From Rhodothermales bacterium (GTDB taxonomy: Bacteria > Bacteroidota > Rhodothermia > Rhodothermales > VXPQ01): a stretch of 64,000 bases of DNA. Shown one piece after another: positions 46,678-59,063 of the stretch. Under the pieces are notes generated by a model. That model had not been told where the DNA came from. It worked only from the letters and a program-made list of their open reading frames with translations, and made no database searches. The translations under genes were made by a program, and so were the position numbers. The DNA is taken from positions 2,159,184 through 2,223,183 of the forward strand of contig OZ220686.1 of assembly GCA_965116435.1 (NCBI GenBank), in the 5' to 3' direction. Each line of letters begins with the position of its first letter. The stretch's first letter is position 1.

Positions 46678-47673
46678 TCATGCATCGACCCGAACGCTCC
46701 CCATGCGTTCGAATTTTTCGATGCGTTTTCCGATCAGGTCTTCCGGGGGCGTCCCGCCGATTTCCGCCAGCGTTTCTTCAATGGCTTCGGCTGCGTAGCG
46801 AATCGCATCCGACGGATTGCGGTGCGCGCCGCCCTCGGGCTCCCGGACGATCCGGTCAATGACGTCGAATTTGATCAAATCCGGGGCCGTAAGTTTCAGG
46901 GATTGCGCGGCGTCTTCCTTGTAATCCCACGACCGCCACAGAATCTGCGAGCAACTCTCGGGCGAAATCACGGAATACCAGGCATTTTCAAGCATCAGGA
47001 TGCGATCCCCTATGCCAATGCCGAGCGCGCCGCCCGAGGCCCCTTCGCCGATAATCACGACCACGATGGGCACGGGCAAGCGCGCCATTTCCAGCAGGTT
47101 TTTGGCGATGGCTTCTGCCTGCCCCCGCTCTTCCGCCTCCAGCCCGGGGTATGCGCCGGGCGTGTCGAGCAGCGTAATCACCGGCCGCCTGAACTTGGCC
47201 GCCAGCCGCATGAGCCGCAACGCCTTGCGGTATCCCTCCGGGTTCGGCATGCCGAAGCGCCGGTGCTTCCGGCTTTGCATGTCGCGCCCTTTCTGATGCC
47301 CTATGATCATGACGGAGCGATCTGCGCCGCCGTATTCTGCGCCGCGGAATTTTGCAAATCCTCCCACGATGGCGGGGTCGTCTCCGTACAGGCGGTCGCC
47401 GTGCAATTCCACGAAGTCCTCCGTCATGCCCGCTATGTAATCCAGCGTGTACGGGCGCATCGGATGTCGGGCGATCTGTACGCGCTGCCACCGCGTCAGA
47501 TTGCGGTAGATGGATGCGCGGAGTTCGTTGGCGCGGGCTTCCAGGGCAGCGATCTCCCGGGACAGGTCGATCTTCGCGTCCTCGGCGTCGAACGCCCTCA
47601 TTTCGTCGAGCTTTTGCTCAAGTTCCACGAGGGGTTTTTCAAAATCCAGAAGATATTGAGGAGATGACGTCAT
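46678..47673 (-). CDS. accA: Acetyl-CoA carboxylase carboxyltransferase alpha subunit
   Basis: [14 protein letters not shown] ... [13 protein letters not shown]. The ATG at 47673 overlaps the upstream gene's TGA (ATGA). Confidence 0.9.
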   Translation of the reverse strand: MTSSPQYLLDFEKPLVELEQKLDEMRAFDAEDAKIDLSREIAALEARANELRASIYRNLTRWQRVQIARHPMRPYTLDYIAGMTEDFVELHGDRLYGDDPAIVGGFAKFRGAEYGGADRSVMIIGHQKGRDMQSRKHRRFGMPNPEGYRKALRLMRLAAKFRRPVITLLDTPGAYPGLEAEERGQAEAIAKNLLEMARLPVPIVVVIIGEGASGGALGIGIGDRILMLENAWYSVISPESCSQILWRSWDYKEDAAQSLKLTAPDLIKFDVIDRIVREPEGGAHRNPSDAIRYAAEAIEETLAEIGGTPPEDLIGKRIEKFERMGSVRVDA

Positions 47674-49844
47674 GGAGTGATGTATTCGCGTATTCCGTGG
47701 TCGTCTCTGAGCGATCGAACGATAATATCCCAATCGAGGGAGAAGGTCCGGTTTCGGACATAGAACCAGTATGCGGAGTCCAGTTCGTCTACGGCGTCTT
47801 CGGGGAGATTGACCGCATCCACCACGGCGAACACGCCGGGCCGGAGGCGCCATTCGGGCGGCGGGCGGTATTCGGCGGTTTCGTCGTAGCCAACGAGGGC
47901 GCGGCGTCCGAACAGAATATCGGGAAATTTTTTCGTTTTACGCGCAAGGCGGGCCGGAAGCGAATGCGGTCCGGCGAGGCGGGCCGCCGCCGTCAGGGCG
48001 GGATGCAGGACCAGGCCTATGGCCGCCATGCTTTTTTCCAGCAATGTTCGGATGGGCGACGGGCGGGCCCGCACAAAGGCGCCCTCCGTTTCTACGAGAT
48101 TGACCATCGAAAGATCGTCCACCGAGGTTCTTCCGATGACATGGTCGCGTCCATCGGCAAGGATGCGGAGGTGTACGTTCAACCCATGCAGTTCCTGGAT
48201 ATATCGGAAAATATCCCGGTTCGAAAGCGTGGCGGCTGCGAAAACGACGTCGTGGAGCTTCCCGAGGCGGACCAGATCGCGCAATTGCCCGGTTCTGCCA
48301 AGCCGCGGCAGCGTTGCGTGTTCCGCGCCTTGCCTGCCGTTTTCCGCGTCGTTTCGGGACGCCGATGCGGCGGGATCGGGGATCACGAGCGGGTCGGGAT
48401 CGCTTCCGCCTGGTCGAGGCGCGTCCTCGTCTGGCGTAACGAATCCTTCAAGGGAAAAGGGCGGTTTCGGGTGTCGGGCCAGCATATGGCGCAGGCGCAA
48501 GGCTTCGTTTCGCCGCCCCACGAGGATGGCTCGGCGCCCATGCACGGGTTCTGCGTTCCGCCGCAGGCGAATCCACCGGACGATCCAGCAGGCGAGGACC
48601 GCCATGGGCCAGGTAACCAGCACGACCAGCCGCGAAAAGGCAATGGTTTTTACGAAAAAGGATAGCGCGGATACGAAGAAAAGGCCCATCAGGACGCCCC
48701 CGGGAACGGCGCGGAACACATGTTTGCGGCGGTATCCTCCGAGGGCGGCGACGCCGGCGACGGAGCCGAGGCCGTAGCTGGGCGCCACGACGGAAAAGAA
48801 AAGCGGCGCTACGCGCGTATCGAGCAGGTAGGCATAGCCTGTTCCCAGAAGCCCTGCGACGGCGTACGCCAGACAAAAATCCAGCAGGGGCCAGGCCGCG
48901 ATGCGGCCGAATTTCGCCGCCACGGACATGCCGGCCCGGAGCACGATTCCGCATCGCAGCAACAGGGCCAGCAACTTCGAATATCGGCTTTCGAAATGTT
49001 TCTCCGTAAACCGCAGCATGGCCCCATAGAAAAGGCGCACGTAGCGCAACTCGCTTTTCCGGGTGCTCTGGCCTTTATAGTGGATGATTTCCGTTTCCGG
49101 GGTGTAAAATATTTTCCAGCGCGCCTGCTGGATGCGGTAACACAGGTCGATATCTTCCCCGTACATGAAAAATTCTTCGTCGAAGAGGCCCGCCTCGTTC
49201 AGTGCGGTTCGTCGAAGTATCATGCACGATCCGCTCAAGGCGTCTACCTCGGCGGTTTCGTTTTCCGGAAGGTGGGTCATGTTGTACCGTCCGAACACCG
49301 GGCTGCGCGGAAAGAGCGCCGACAGCCCGGTCATGCGAAAAAAGGCGACGCGTGGCGTGGGGAAGGCTCGGCGGCTTTCGAGGGCGAACGTTCCGTCCGC
49401 ATGCAATATCTTGCATCCCGCGGCGCCGGCGTCCGGGTGCTCGTCCAGGAAGCGGACGAGGGTAACGAGCGTGTTTTCCTGCACGATGGTGTCTGGATTC
49501 AACACCAGCACATAGCGTCCGCGCGCCTGCCGGATCGCCTGATTATTCGCCACGCTGAAGCCTGCATTGTTTGCATTGGCTATGAGATGCACTTCGGGGA
49601 AATGGGTCCGCACCATCGCTGGACTGCCGTCCACCGAGTTGTTATCGACCACGAACGTCTCCATGCGCAGGTCGGCCTGTGCGCGGAACACAGAGCGGAG
49701 CGTTTGTTCGAGGAAATCCCGCACATTATAATTGACGATCACGACCGAAAGGTCGATTGCGCGGGCGCGGCGATCGTCTGTGGCGGCGGGCGAAGGGGCT
49801 GTTTCCATGGATGAGCAGGCGGCTGCGCGTGTCCGGCGAAGCAT
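47670..49844 (-). CDS. GT2 glycosyltransferase fused to a TM block and a C-terminal sugar-transferase-like domain
   Basis: [17 protein letters not shown] and GEDIDLCYR (GT2). Then 4-5 TM segments. The C-terminus [21 protein letters not shown] resembles the end of bacterial sugar transferases. Confidence 0.7.
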   Translation of the reverse strand: MLRRTRAAACSSMETAPSPAATDDRRARAIDLSVVIVNYNVRDFLEQTLRSVFRAQADLRMETFVVDNNSVDGSPAMVRTHFPEVHLIANANNAGFSVANNQAIRQARGRYVLVLNPDTIVQENTLVTLVRFLDEHPDAGAAGCKILHADGTFALESRRAFPTPRVAFFRMTGLSALFPRSPVFGRYNMTHLPENETAEVDALSGSCMILRRTALNEAGLFDEEFFMYGEDIDLCYRIQQARWKIFYTPETEIIHYKGQSTRKSELRYVRLFYGAMLRFTEKHFESRYSKLLALLLRCGIVLRAGMSVAAKFGRIAAWPLLDFCLAYAVAGLLGTGYAYLLDTRVAPLFFSVVAPSYGLGSVAGVAALGGYRRKHVFRAVPGGVLMGLFFVSALSFFVKTIAFSRLVVLVTWPMAVLACWIVRWIRLRRNAEPVHGRRAILVGRRNEALRLRHMLARHPKPPFSLEGFVTPDEDAPRPGGSDPDPLVIPDPAASASRNDAENGRQGAEHATLPRLGRTGQLRDLVRLGKLHDVVFAAATLSNRDIFRYIQELHGLNVHLRILADGRDHVIGRTSVDDLSMVNLVETEGAFVRARPSPIRTLLEKSMAAIGLVLHPALTAAARLAGPHSLPARLARKTKKFPDILFGRRALVGYDETAEYRPPPEWRLRPGVFAVVDAVNLPEDAVDELDSAYWFYVRNRTFSLDWDIIVRSLRDDHGIREYITP

Positions 49845-49975
49845 TTTGGCGTAATTTATCCTAAATTCAATCGAAAAGCGTCAAGCCGGTTCAATTTAAG
49901 TAGTACCTTATATGTTGGCCGGTTCGTCCGTGCTTCCCGGGATGTGCCCGATTCATACAGTTTGCATTCATTCGC

Positions 49976-50623
49976 ATGCCTCAGCTTTTTCCAAAAAGCG
50001 CCAACGCATGGCCGATTCTTTCCCTGATCGGCGCGCTTGCAGGAGGAATAGTCCTGGTCGGTTTTGTCTGGTACTACTTTTCGCCGGAGTACACCGACGT
50101 GGGCTATGCCCCGGAGCAGCCTGTGCCCTATAGCCACCGGCTGCACGCAGGCGAACTGGGGCTGGATTGCCGGTATTGCCATACGAATGTCGAACGGGTC
50201 GCCGAGGCGAACCTGCCTCCCACGGAAACGTGCATGAATTGTCATGAGCAGGTGCAGACGCAAGCGTTGTCCCTGCAGCCGGTGCGTAAAAGTTGGGCGG
50301 AAGATACGCCGGTAGCATGGATCAAGGTCAATTTTTTGCCGGATTACGTGCATTTCAGTCATGCCGCCCATGTCAATAACGGCGTGGGGTGCGAAACATG
50401 CCATGGCCGGGTAGACCTGATGGATGTCGTATCCCAGGTGGAGCCGTTGTCGATGGGGTGGTGTCTTGATTGCCACCGCAACCCGGAAGAGCAGTTGCGC
50501 CCGGACGAAGCGGTGACCGTGATGGGGTATGCGCACCCGGCAGATTTCATGGAACGCAATGCGGAGCGCATAACGCGGGAAGGCATCCAGCCTCCCCTGA
50601 ATTGCTCTGCGTGCCATTATTAA
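49976..50623 (+). CDS. actA: Alternative Complex III pentahaem cytochrome c subunit ActA
   Basis: N-terminal TM helix and five CxxCH motifs (CRYCH, CMNCH, CETCH, CLDCH, CSACH). First gene of the act operon. Confidence 0.85.
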   Translation: MPQLFPKSANAWPILSLIGALAGGIVLVGFVWYYFSPEYTDVGYAPEQPVPYSHRLHAGELGLDCRYCHTNVERVAEANLPPTETCMNCHEQVQTQALSLQPVRKSWAEDTPVAWIKVNFLPDYVHFSHAAHVNNGVGCETCHGRVDLMDVVSQVEPLSMGWCLDCHRNPEEQLRPDEAVTVMGYAHPADFMERNAERITREGIQPPLNCSACHY

Positions 50624-50663
50624 CAGTATTTTATTTCGTACCCGAATCCTTCGCAAGATTGAC

Positions 50664-53600
50664 ATGATCGACCTTCCTGTCCTGAAAAATGCAGCGACGC
50701 CGGCGCCGCGAGAGCGGTTCTGGCGCAGCGCCGCCGATCTCCGCGGGGAGCTCGGCGACCTGCATGACGGGGAGTTCATGCCGGGCGCCAGCGATCCTCC
50801 GGGCGGTTCGTCCCGCAGGGATTTTTTGCGCATCATGGGCGCTTCCATGGCGATGGCCGGCCTGGCGGCTTGTCGGCGCCCCGTCGAGGAAGTGCTTCCG
50901 TACACGCGCCAGCCGGAGGAGATCGTTCCGGGAGAGCCCCTGTATTACGCGACGGGCATGCCGTACCGCGGGGTGCTTCGTCCGATCCTCGTCCGCAGCC
51001 ACGAAGGCCGTCCCACGAAGATAGAAGGGAATCCGGAGCATCCCGCGTCCGAGGGCGCGTCCGGGGGATTCGAGCAGGCGTCCATTCTGAATATGTACGA
51101 TCCGGATCGCTCGCAGCGCATGCTGCGCGAGGGCGTCGGCGCGGAATGGCGAGCATTCGTCCGGTTTGTACAGGAACTCGATGGCGCCGCCCGGATCGGG
51201 GTGGTGGCGCCGCCCGCCTCCTCGCCCACGATGCGGGCGCTTCGCGGACGCCTTGCGGAGCGTTTCCCGGCCCTGCACTGGGTGACGTATGCGCCCGAGG
51301 GCGCAGATCCGTCCCGGATGGCGCTGCGGACCGAGGCCGGCGGCATCGCGCGGCCCGTATACCGGTTCTCCGAGGCGGACGTCATCGTCAGCCTGGACAG
51401 CGATTTTCTGGGGCCGACCGAGATCAATTTGTTGTCCAATGCGGCGGAGTACGCCCAAAACCGGCGGATGGCGTCTCCAGAAGACACCCCCGGCAGATTG
51501 TATGTCGTAGAGAGCGCCTATTCGCTTACGGGGGGCATGGCCGATCATCGCAAGCGGTTGCGTTCCGGCGATATTCCAGCCTTTGCGCACGCGCTGGCGG
51601 CCCGGCTCGGCGTGGACGGCGCTTCAAGCGCTTCGGGCGGGAACGCCCCGGAGGATGCGTTTCTGGAGGCCATGGTTCGCGACATGCAGGCGGCGGGCCC
51701 GCGCGCCGTGGTGACGGCGGGGGATACCCAATCGCCGGAAGTCCATGCGCTGGCGGCGGCCATCAACGAGGCGCTCGGCGCCGTGGGCGCGACCGTCTCC
51801 TATCTGGCGTCGGACGACGAGACGGAATCGTCGCAGCCCGAACATTTTGCGGCGCTGGCCCGCGATATGCACGCAGGCGAGATCGACCTGCTGCTCCTCC
51901 TCGGGGTCAATCCGGCGTACGGCGCGCCGCCCGAATTCGATTTTGCGGGCGGCATGGGCCGCGTTGCGCAGACGGTGCATCTGGGGTTGCATCTGGACGA
52001 GACTGGACTGGCGGCGGACTGGCATATTCCGCAAACCCATTACCTCGAAGCCTGGGGCGACGGGCGGGCGTACGATGGTACGCTCTCGGTCATACAGCCG
52101 CTCATCGCGCCCCTGTACGAGGCGGCGAAATCCGATGTGGAAGTGCTGGGATTGCTTGCTACGGGCGTGGATACCCCGGGATACGACCTGGTGCGGGAGC
52201 ATTGGTCGTCCTATCTGTCCGGCGAGGCGGACTCGGCGTGGCGCCGGGTATTGCACGACGGATTCTTGCCGGACAGCGGCTATCTGGAGGCGGCGCTGGC
52301 GCCGGAGACGTCTTCCCTCGTTGTCGCCGCTCCTGCCGCTCCCGGCGCCGAGCAAATCGAAGTGGTCATTCGCCTCGATCCCACGGTGCTGGACGGTTCG
52401 TTCGCCAACAATGCCTGGATGATGGAGCTGCCCGATCCCGTCACGAAGATCGTATGGGATAATGTGGCGCTGATTTCTCCGGCCATGGCCGAGCGCCTGG
52501 GCGTGTCGGCGAAATACCACAAGGGACAGTACGTCGTGGATGTGCTGGACATTTCCGTGGAGGGTCGAAGCGTGCGGTTGCCTGCCTGGATTCAACCGGG
52601 TTTGCCGGATTATTCCGTGCATCTGACCATGGGATACGGGCGCCGCATCGCCACGGATCGTCCGTCGAGGAAAGCCCGGTTCTTCGACCTGGATCATTAT
52701 ACCGATATCTATGCCGACGGCCCGCTCGCCAACGGCGTAGGATCGAACGTCGCCGTACTGCTTGGGGGAGATATGCGGCGCGTACTTGTCGGCGCCGAGG
52801 TGCGGGCGACCGGCGACGACTGGACGATTTCCACGACGCAGGAGCATGGCTACATGGAAGGCCGTCCGCTTTTCCGCAAGGCCACGCTCTCGGAATTCAG
52901 GGAGCGCCCCACGTTTGCGCCGGATGCCGTGCCTTCGCTGCACGGACAGGAGGACTGGGAAGATTATCCTGCGCTCTGGCAGCAACAACATCCTTCCGAA
53001 CAACCCGCCATCACGGAAAACCCCTACTACGCGAATCAGTGGGGGATGGTCATCGACCTGAATACGTGTACGGGCTGCAATGCCTGCGTGGTCGCATGCA
53101 ACAGCGAGAACAATATACAGATGGTGGGCAAGGAGGAGGTAGGCCGCGGACGCGAGATGCACTGGCTGCGCATCGACCGGTATTTCGTGTCCGGGGATGG
53201 CGCGGATACGGACGAGCCGGCCATGGTCGTGCAGCCGGTGCCCTGCATGCATTGCGAGAACGCGCCGTGCGAGGCGGTGTGTCCCGTGGCGGCGACCGTG
53301 CATTCCCCGGACGGCACGAACCAGATGATCTACAACCGCTGTATCGGCACGCGGTACTGCTCCAACAATTGCCCCTACAAGGTCCGTCGGTTCAGCTTCT
53401 TCAACTGGACGAAGACCTTGCCGGAGACGGTGCAGATGGCGCAGAACCCGAACGTGACGGTGCGTTTCCGGGGCGTCATGGAGAAATGCTCGTATTGCAT
53501 CCAGCGGGTCCGGGGCGCGCAGCATGCCGCAAACCTCGAGGATCGGGCGGTTCGGGATGGCGACGTCCAGACGGCGTGCCAGCAAGCGTGCGGCATGCAG

Positions 53601-53762
53601 AGCATTGCATTCGGCGACCTGAACGATCCGGACAGCGTGGTGGCCAAGGCGCGCGCCAATCCGCGTCGATACGAAATGCTGGCCGAATTGTCCGTCAAGC
53701 CGCGCACCTCGTACCTGGCGCGCGTAACGAACCCGAACCCCGAACTCGAACCTCAGGGCTAA
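50664..53762 (+). CDS. actB: ACIII subunit ActB (molybdopterin-oxidoreductase-like domain plus Fe-S domain, Tat signal)
   Basis: [17 protein letters not shown] Tat motif. C-terminal clusters [25 protein letters not shown] and [12 protein letters not shown]. Confidence 0.9.
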   Translation: MIDLPVLKNAATPAPRERFWRSAADLRGELGDLHDGEFMPGASDPPGGSSRRDFLRIMGASMAMAGLAACRRPVEEVLPYTRQPEEIVPGEPLYYATGMPYRGVLRPILVRSHEGRPTKIEGNPEHPASEGASGGFEQASILNMYDPDRSQRMLREGVGAEWRAFVRFVQELDGAARIGVVAPPASSPTMRALRGRLAERFPALHWVTYAPEGADPSRMALRTEAGGIARPVYRFSEADVIVSLDSDFLGPTEINLLSNAAEYAQNRRMASPEDTPGRLYVVESAYSLTGGMADHRKRLRSGDIPAFAHALAARLGVDGASSASGGNAPEDAFLEAMVRDMQAAGPRAVVTAGDTQSPEVHALAAAINEALGAVGATVSYLASDDETESSQPEHFAALARDMHAGEIDLLLLLGVNPAYGAPPEFDFAGGMGRVAQTVHLGLHLDETGLAADWHIPQTHYLEAWGDGRAYDGTLSVIQPLIAPLYEAAKSDVEVLGLLATGVDTPGYDLVREHWSSYLSGEADSAWRRVLHDGFLPDSGYLEAALAPETSSLVVAAPAAPGAEQIEVVIRLDPTVLDGSFANNAWMMELPDPVTKIVWDNVALISPAMAERLGVSAKYHKGQYVVDVLDISVEGRSVRLPAWIQPGLPDYSVHLTMGYGRRIATDRPSRKARFFDLDHYTDIYADGPLANGVGSNVAVLLGGDMRRVLVGAEVRATGDDWTISTTQEHGYMEGRPLFRKATLSEFRERPTFAPDAVPSLHGQEDWEDYPALWQQQHPSEQPAITENPYYANQWGMVIDLNTCTGCNACVVACNSENNIQMVGKEEVGRGREMHWLRIDRYFVSGDGADTDEPAMVVQPVPCMHCENAPCEAVCPVAATVHSPDGTNQMIYNRCIGTRYCSNNCPYKVRRFSFFNWTKTLPETVQMAQNPNVTVRFRGVMEKCSYCIQRVRGAQHAANLEDRAVRDGDVQTACQQACGMQSIAFGDLNDPDSVVAKARANPRRYEMLAELSVKPRTSYLARVTNPNPELEPQG

Positions 53763-53769
53763 TTTTCTA

Positions 53770-55158
53770 TTGATCGCAGTGGGCCATTCGACGAGCCATA
53801 GCACCGAGCAGCCGCTGGTTACCGGCAACCTGAGTTTTCACGAACTCACCGAACTGGTGGCCCGCCATGCGGAAAAGAAACCGCCCCTCGGCTGGTATAT
53901 AGCCATCGGGATTTCTTCGCTCTTGCTGCTCAACCTGCTGGTCATGATCGCCTACCAGGTGTGGAATGGCGTGGGCGTCTGGGGAAACAACGTTCCGGTG
54001 GGATGGGGCTGGCCCATCGTCGATTTCGTGTTCTGGGTCGGCATCGGACATGCCGGCACGCTGATTTCCGCGATTCTGTTTTTGTTCAGGCAGCGCTGGC
54101 GGACCTCGATTAACCGGGCGGCGGAGGCCATGACGATTTTCGCCGTGATTTGCGCCCTGCTTTTCCCGACCATTCACGTGGGGCGCATCTGGGTGATCTA
54201 CTGGACCCTTCCGATCCCGAACCAGATGGACATGTGGCCGCAATTCAAGAGCCCGCTGCTGTGGGACGTTTTTGCGGTGTCGAGTTATTTCATCGTTTCG
54301 CTGATGTTCTGGTATGTGGGGCTGATTCCGGACCTGGCCACGCTCCGCGACCGGGCTCGCTCGTTCATCCGGCAGCGCGTGCTGGGCGTATTTTCCATGG
54401 GATGGACCGGTTCCAACCGGCACTGGCGCAACTACGAAAAGGCGTACCTGTTGCTGGCGGGACTTGCCACGCCGCTCGTGCTTTCGGTGCACTCGGTGGT
54501 GTCGTTCGACTTTGCCGTATCCATCGTGCCCGGATGGCACACGACCATTTTTCCGCCGTATTTCGTGGCGGGGGCCATCTTTTCCGGGTTCGCCATGGTG
54601 GTTACGCTCATGGTTATCGCCCGCAAGGTCTACGGCATCGAGGACCTGATTACGCTCAACCATCTTGAGAAGATGAACATCATCATCCTGCTTACGGGGT
54701 CGATGGTGGGTTTTGCGTACATCACGGAATTTTTCATTGCCTGGTATTCGCAGGTCGGGTACGAACAGTATGCCTTTATTAACCGGGCTACGGGGCCGTA
54801 TGCATGGGCCTACTGGATCATGATGTCGTGCAATCTCCTTGCTCCCCAGGTGTTCTGGTTCAAGCGCCTGCGCCGGAACGTACCGCTCATGTTCGCTATT
54901 TCTATTCTTGTGAACATTGGCATGTGGTTCGAGCGTTTCGTGATTACGGTGATTTCGCTGCATCGCGATTATCTGCCGTCGAGTTGGGGCTATTTTACGC
55001 CCACCTGGGTGGATGTGATGACGTTTGCGGGGTCGTTCGGGCTGTTTCTGACCCTGTTCTTGCTTTTCCTGAGGTTTGCCCCGATGGTGGCGCTCTCTGA
55101 GGTCAAGGGGGTTGTGCCGCAAGCCGATCCGCACTTTTACGACCAGGAATCGTCATGA
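53770..55158 (+). CDS. actC: ACIII membrane subunit ActC (NrfD/PsrC-like)
   Basis: About 10 TM segments of NrfD-like pattern. Position in the operon. The start is uncertain (TTG 53770 or GTG 53779). Confidence 0.85.
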   Translation: MIAVGHSTSHSTEQPLVTGNLSFHELTELVARHAEKKPPLGWYIAIGISSLLLLNLLVMIAYQVWNGVGVWGNNVPVGWGWPIVDFVFWVGIGHAGTLISAILFLFRQRWRTSINRAAEAMTIFAVICALLFPTIHVGRIWVIYWTLPIPNQMDMWPQFKSPLLWDVFAVSSYFIVSLMFWYVGLIPDLATLRDRARSFIRQRVLGVFSMGWTGSNRHWRNYEKAYLLLAGLATPLVLSVHSVVSFDFAVSIVPGWHTTIFPPYFVAGAIFSGFAMVVTLMVIARKVYGIEDLITLNHLEKMNIIILLTGSMVGFAYITEFFIAWYSQVGYEQYAFINRATGPYAWAYWIMMSCNLLAPQVFWFKRLRRNVPLMFAISILVNIGMWFERFVITVISLHRDYLPSSWGYFTPTWVDVMTFAGSFGLFLTLFLLFLRFAPMVALSEVKGVVPQADPHFYDQESS

Positions 55159-55739
55159 AGAAGCTGATTGCGGATATCAAGGCGTCCATGGGCGTCTACG
55201 AAAGCGAGCCCGTGTACGGGTTGCTTGCCGAATTCGCCGATCCCTCGGCGCTGTTGGATGCGGCGGCGAAGGTGCGCGAGGCGGGCTACCGGCATTTCGA
55301 CGTGCATTCGCCCTTCCCGATTCATGGCATGGACAAAGCCATGGGGCTGGGCAATTCGCTGGTCGGGTTCTTTACGCTGGGCGGCGGAATTACCGGGTTT
55401 GCGCTGGCGTACTGGTTGCAATGGTGGACGGGCGCCGTGGCGTACCCGCTGAACATCAGCGGCAAGCCGTTTTTCGCCATCGAACCGTCGATTCCCATCA
55501 TCTTCGAATTGACGGTGCTGTTTTCGGCGTTTGGCGCGGTGGCGGGCATGTTTGTGCTGAACGGGCTGCCGCGGCCGCATAATCCGCTTTTTTATTCCCG
55601 CAATTTTGCGCGGGCGACCGACGATGCGTTTTTTCTGCATATTGCGGCCTCGGACAAGCGTTTCGACCTTGAGGAAACCCGGCAATTGCTGACGGACCTC
55701 GGCGGGTATCACCTGGAATTGCTTACGGAAGAATCATGA
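55155..55739 (+). CDS. actD: ACIII subunit ActD
   Basis: ATGA overlap with actC. 194 aa with two TM segments. Operon position. Confidence 0.75.
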   Translation: MKKLIADIKASMGVYESEPVYGLLAEFADPSALLDAAAKVREAGYRHFDVHSPFPIHGMDKAMGLGNSLVGFFTLGGGITGFALAYWLQWWTGAVAYPLNISGKPFFAIEPSIPIIFELTVLFSAFGAVAGMFVLNGLPRPHNPLFYSRNFARATDDAFFLHIAASDKRFDLEETRQLLTDLGGYHLELLTEES

Positions 55740-56434
55740 CGCCGCATGCGACCATACCGGTTTTGCCGCGCGCCAGGAACCATGCCCGGATCATGCTCGT
55801 GAAGCGAGGGGGAACGGTTCTGGCCTTTGCAGCAGTCTTGTTGCTGGCGTCTTGCCGCGGCTCTACGCATGAACATGCGCCGATCCATCCGAACCTGAAC
55901 ATGGATTATCAGGAGCGGTTCGATCCGCAGGAGGCGAACGCCTTTTTTGCGGACGGGCGCGCCATGCGGCCGCCGGTGCCGGGCACGGTGGCCCGCGGAT
56001 TTTTACGCGAGGATACTCGGTATCACGAGGGACGGGAGGCCGACGGGAGTTATACGGATGTCATGCCCATTCCGCTGACGCCTGAACTGCTGGAGCACGG
56101 TCGAACCCGGTACGACATTTTCTGTACGCCGTGCCATGGCGCCGCCGGCGACGGCGAGGGCATCGTGACGACGGGCGGGTTCGGGTATACCCCGGCGCCG
56201 ACCTATCATAGCGACCGGTTGCGCGACGTTACGGACGGCTACTTGTATGACGTCGTTGCGAATGGGGTGCGCACCATGCCCGGATATGCGCAACAGATAC
56301 TTGTGGCGGACCGGTGGGCTATCGTGGCCTATATGCGGGCGCTCCAGCGTAGCCAGTATGCCCCCGGCAGCGACGTGCCCGCCGCGCTGCTTGAGGATAT
56401 CCGCCGCGGCGCGGCAGTCGGCGACAACGAATAG
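55736..56434 (+). CDS. actE: ACIII monohaem cytochrome c lipoprotein ActE
   Basis: ATGA overlap with actD. Lipobox LLLASC. Single CTPCHG haem motif. Confidence 0.8.
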   Translation: MTPHATIPVLPRARNHARIMLVKRGGTVLAFAAVLLLASCRGSTHEHAPIHPNLNMDYQERFDPQEANAFFADGRAMRPPVPGTVARGFLREDTRYHEGREADGSYTDVMPIPLTPELLEHGRTRYDIFCTPCHGAAGDGEGIVTTGGFGYTPAPTYHSDRLRDVTDGYLYDVVANGVRTMPGYAQQILVADRWAIVAYMRALQRSQYAPGSDVPAALLEDIRRGAAVGDNE

Positions 56435-56439
56435 ACTCG

Positions 56440-57684
56440 ATGGCGACCCTGAAAAAGAACCATATTTTCCAGCGTGTCCTGGATCCGTTTGCGGCGACGA
56501 GCGCCGATGCGCCGGAGGCGTTTCGGTATACCGGGGACTGGCGCTTGTGGGGCATTCCCTTGCTGGTCGGCGCGATCGGGCTTGCGACGGGGTTGTCGGG
56601 CTGGCTGACGGATGCGCATCAGTTTTATTTTTCGTACCTGATCGGGTGGGCATTTTGCCTGACCATTGCGCTGGGCGCGATGTTTTTCGTGCTGATACAG
56701 CACTTGACGAGGGCGCGCTGGAGCATCGTGGTGCGGCGTATGGCCGAAGCCTTGTTGTGGACGTTTCCGCTATTGGCCGTGCTGGGGATTCCCGTGCTCT
56801 TCGGGCTGCACGATCTGTACCACTGGACGCATGCGGACGCCGTGGCCTCCGACCCGATCCTTGCAGGCAAGACGCCCTATCTGAATCTTCCGTTTTTCCT
56901 GGTGCGCCTGGCGATCTACTTTCTGGTGTGGAGCCTGGTCGCGTACTATCTGTACCGCAATTCGTTGCTTGAGGACGCCACGGGGGACCCCGGCATTGCG
57001 GCTCGTCAGCGGAAAGTGAGCGCGCTCGGGCTTGCGGCGGGTGCGGTAACCACCTCCTTTGCAAGTTACGACTTGCTGATGTCGCTGGACCCGCACTGGT
57101 TTTCGACCATTTTCGGCGTCTACGTGTTTTCGGGCGCCTTCATGTCGATTCATGCCTTGCTGGCGTTGTGCGCCATGACGCTTCAGGCTACCGGCCACCT
57201 GCGGGGGACGGTGACCACGGAACACTATCAGGACCTTGGCAAACTGACGTTCGGTTTCGTGGTGTTCTGGGCGTACATCGCGTTCAGCCAGTACATGCTG
57301 ATCTGGTACGGCAACATTCCGGAAGAAACGCTCTGGTATCGCCATCGTCTGGAGCATGGCTGGGAAGTGCATTCCGCGATATTGCTTGTGGGGCATTTCG
57401 CCGTGCCGTTTTTGCTCTTGTTGTCCCGGGCCGCCAAGCGGTCCCGGCTGTTCCTTGCAGGCCTCTGCGTCTGGCTGCTTGCGATGCAGTGGTTCGATAT
57501 TCACTGGCTGGCGGCGCCGGTGCTGCACTACGAAGCCGCCACCATTCATTTTCTGGATATTGCGAACGGGCTGGGGCTCTTCGGGATCGTTCTTGCCGCA
57601 TTCATGTACCGTCTCACCCGGCATAGCCTGATTCCTTTTCGGTCTCCCGGCCTGGACAAATCGCTCCATTTCGAAAACACTTGA
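56440..57684 (+). CDS. actF: ACIII membrane subunit ActF (second NrfD-like subunit)
   Basis: Polytopic and paralogous in pattern to ActC. Operon position. Confidence 0.8.
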   Translation: MATLKKNHIFQRVLDPFAATSADAPEAFRYTGDWRLWGIPLLVGAIGLATGLSGWLTDAHQFYFSYLIGWAFCLTIALGAMFFVLIQHLTRARWSIVVRRMAEALLWTFPLLAVLGIPVLFGLHDLYHWTHADAVASDPILAGKTPYLNLPFFLVRLAIYFLVWSLVAYYLYRNSLLEDATGDPGIAARQRKVSALGLAAGAVTTSFASYDLLMSLDPHWFSTIFGVYVFSGAFMSIHALLALCAMTLQATGHLRGTVTTEHYQDLGKLTFGFVVFWAYIAFSQYMLIWYGNIPEETLWYRHRLEHGWEVHSAILLVGHFAVPFLLLLSRAAKRSRLFLAGLCVWLLAMQWFDIHWLAAPVLHYEAATIHFLDIANGLGLFGIVLAAFMYRLTRHSLIPFRSPGLDKSLHFENT

Positions 57685-57692
57685 CGCGGACC

Positions 57693-58085
57693 ATGTCGCA
57701 TGCCACGGACATATCGGAAGGGGCGCAATGGGTTGAAGAAACGGATCGTCCGAGGGTCGAGCCAGAGGGTATCGAAGCCGGGCAGATTCTCGGATTTGTG
57801 CTTGTGATCTCGTTCCTCGTTGCGTTGGCGATCGTTGCGCTTTTTCAGTATACGAACCTGACCGCGCAATCGGCGTGGACGGACGCCGCGGAGCAGGGCG
57901 TCTATCCCGAACTGGAGGAAGTGCGCTTGCACGCCGCCATGCTCCTGACTCGGTACGAGGCGATCGACGGATCCGAGAACAGGTATCGCATTCCCATAGA
58001 ACGAGCCATGCAGCAGATGGCCCTCGAAGCCCCGGTCTACCCCGAGGAATTCTATGCACCCGAGTACATGGCCGCCTACCGATAG
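57693..58085 (+). CDS. Small single-TM protein, possible ACIII accessory subunit
   Basis: ATG at 57693, in frame with a TTG at 57681 that overlaps the actF stop. One TM helix, ILGFVLVISFLVALAIVALF. Confidence 0.45.
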   Translation: MSHATDISEGAQWVEETDRPRVEPEGIEAGQILGFVLVISFLVALAIVALFQYTNLTAQSAWTDAAEQGVYPELEEVRLHAAMLLTRYEAIDGSENRYRIPIERAMQQMALEAPVYPEEFYAPEYMAAYR

Positions 58086-58087
58086 CG

Positions 58088-58960
58088 ATGAAGGCCCCCG
58101 TTGCGTCATATCGAATCCCGCTGGTTTTGTGGGTATGGCTCGTATGCCTGACGGCGACGTCGGGCATGGCGACGCGTGCGGCGTTCGGGCAATCGTCCGT
58201 AGCGCTGCCCCCGCATATGGAAGGCATTGGCCTGGACGAGCGGATCGGCGCCGAGCCGTCGCTCGACCTCGTTTTTCGGAATGAAGCGGGAGAGGAGGTG
58301 GCCCTCGGGCAGTACTTCGACGGCAAGCGCCCCGTATTGCTTACGCTGATGTATCACGAGTGCCCCACATTGTGCAACATGGTGCTGCACGGGCTGACCG
58401 AAACGCTCCGGGACATGCCCTGGACGCCCGGCGATGAATTCGAGGTGCTTGCGGTGAGTTTCAACCCGAGGGAGACGCCTGCGCTGGCTGCGGAGCGGAA
58501 GGCCATGTACCTGGAGATGCTGGGCAAGCCGGAGGCGGCGGACGGATGGCATTTTCTTACGGGAGAAGAAGCGTCGATCGCGGCGCTTGCGGAAGCCGTA
58601 GGGTTTCGGTATGCCTGGATGGAGGACACGCAGGAGTACGCCCATCCGTTTACGCTCATTTTTCTGAGCGGGGAGGGCGCCGTGCTGCGGTACATGCCGG
58701 GCATACAGTTTGCGCCCTCGGATGTGCGCGCGGCGCTCATTGAGGTATCGGAGGGGCGCGCGGGTTCGCCGCTCAATCGGATTCTTTTGTATTGCATGCA
58801 ATATGACCGCAACGCCAACGCGTATGTGCTGCATGCCGCCAACCTGATGAAGTTCAGCGGCGCGCTCGTCGTGCTGCTGCTGGGGGTGTTTTTTGTGGCG
58901 TTGCGGCGGCGCGAGGCGCAGCACGCATGGCCTGCGCCGGCGTCCGCGCCTTCGACATGA
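58088..58960 (+). CDS. SCO1/SenC-family copper chaperone
   Basis: Internal ATG at 58088. Thioredoxin-like fold with CPTLC (CxxxC) and a downstream His (YAHPF). C-terminal TM helix. Confidence 0.8.
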   Translation: MKAPVASYRIPLVLWVWLVCLTATSGMATRAAFGQSSVALPPHMEGIGLDERIGAEPSLDLVFRNEAGEEVALGQYFDGKRPVLLTLMYHECPTLCNMVLHGLTETLRDMPWTPGDEFEVLAVSFNPRETPALAAERKAMYLEMLGKPEAADGWHFLTGEEASIAALAEAVGFRYAWMEDTQEYAHPFTLIFLSGEGAVLRYMPGIQFAPSDVRAALIEVSEGRAGSPLNRILLYCMQYDRNANAYVLHAANLMKFSGALVVLLLGVFFVALRRREAQHAWPAPASAPST

Positions 58961-59063
58961 CCTCCCGACCGCTTTTTCGCGCGCCCATGGCGTCGCCCGC
59001 ACTACGCCGCATGACCCTGTTCGCCCCAGATAGCCCCGGCCTGGAAAAAAGGAATCGGCAACT

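Noticed and set aside
45733-47667. 644-aa plus-strand ORF, plus 45726-46862
   Set aside because: They are antisense to nadC and accA, and the translation is Arg/Ser/Pro-rich.
51624-55134. 734-aa and 455-aa minus-strand ORFs (51624-53828 and 53767-55134)
   Set aside because: They are antisense to actB and actC, and there is no independent support for them.
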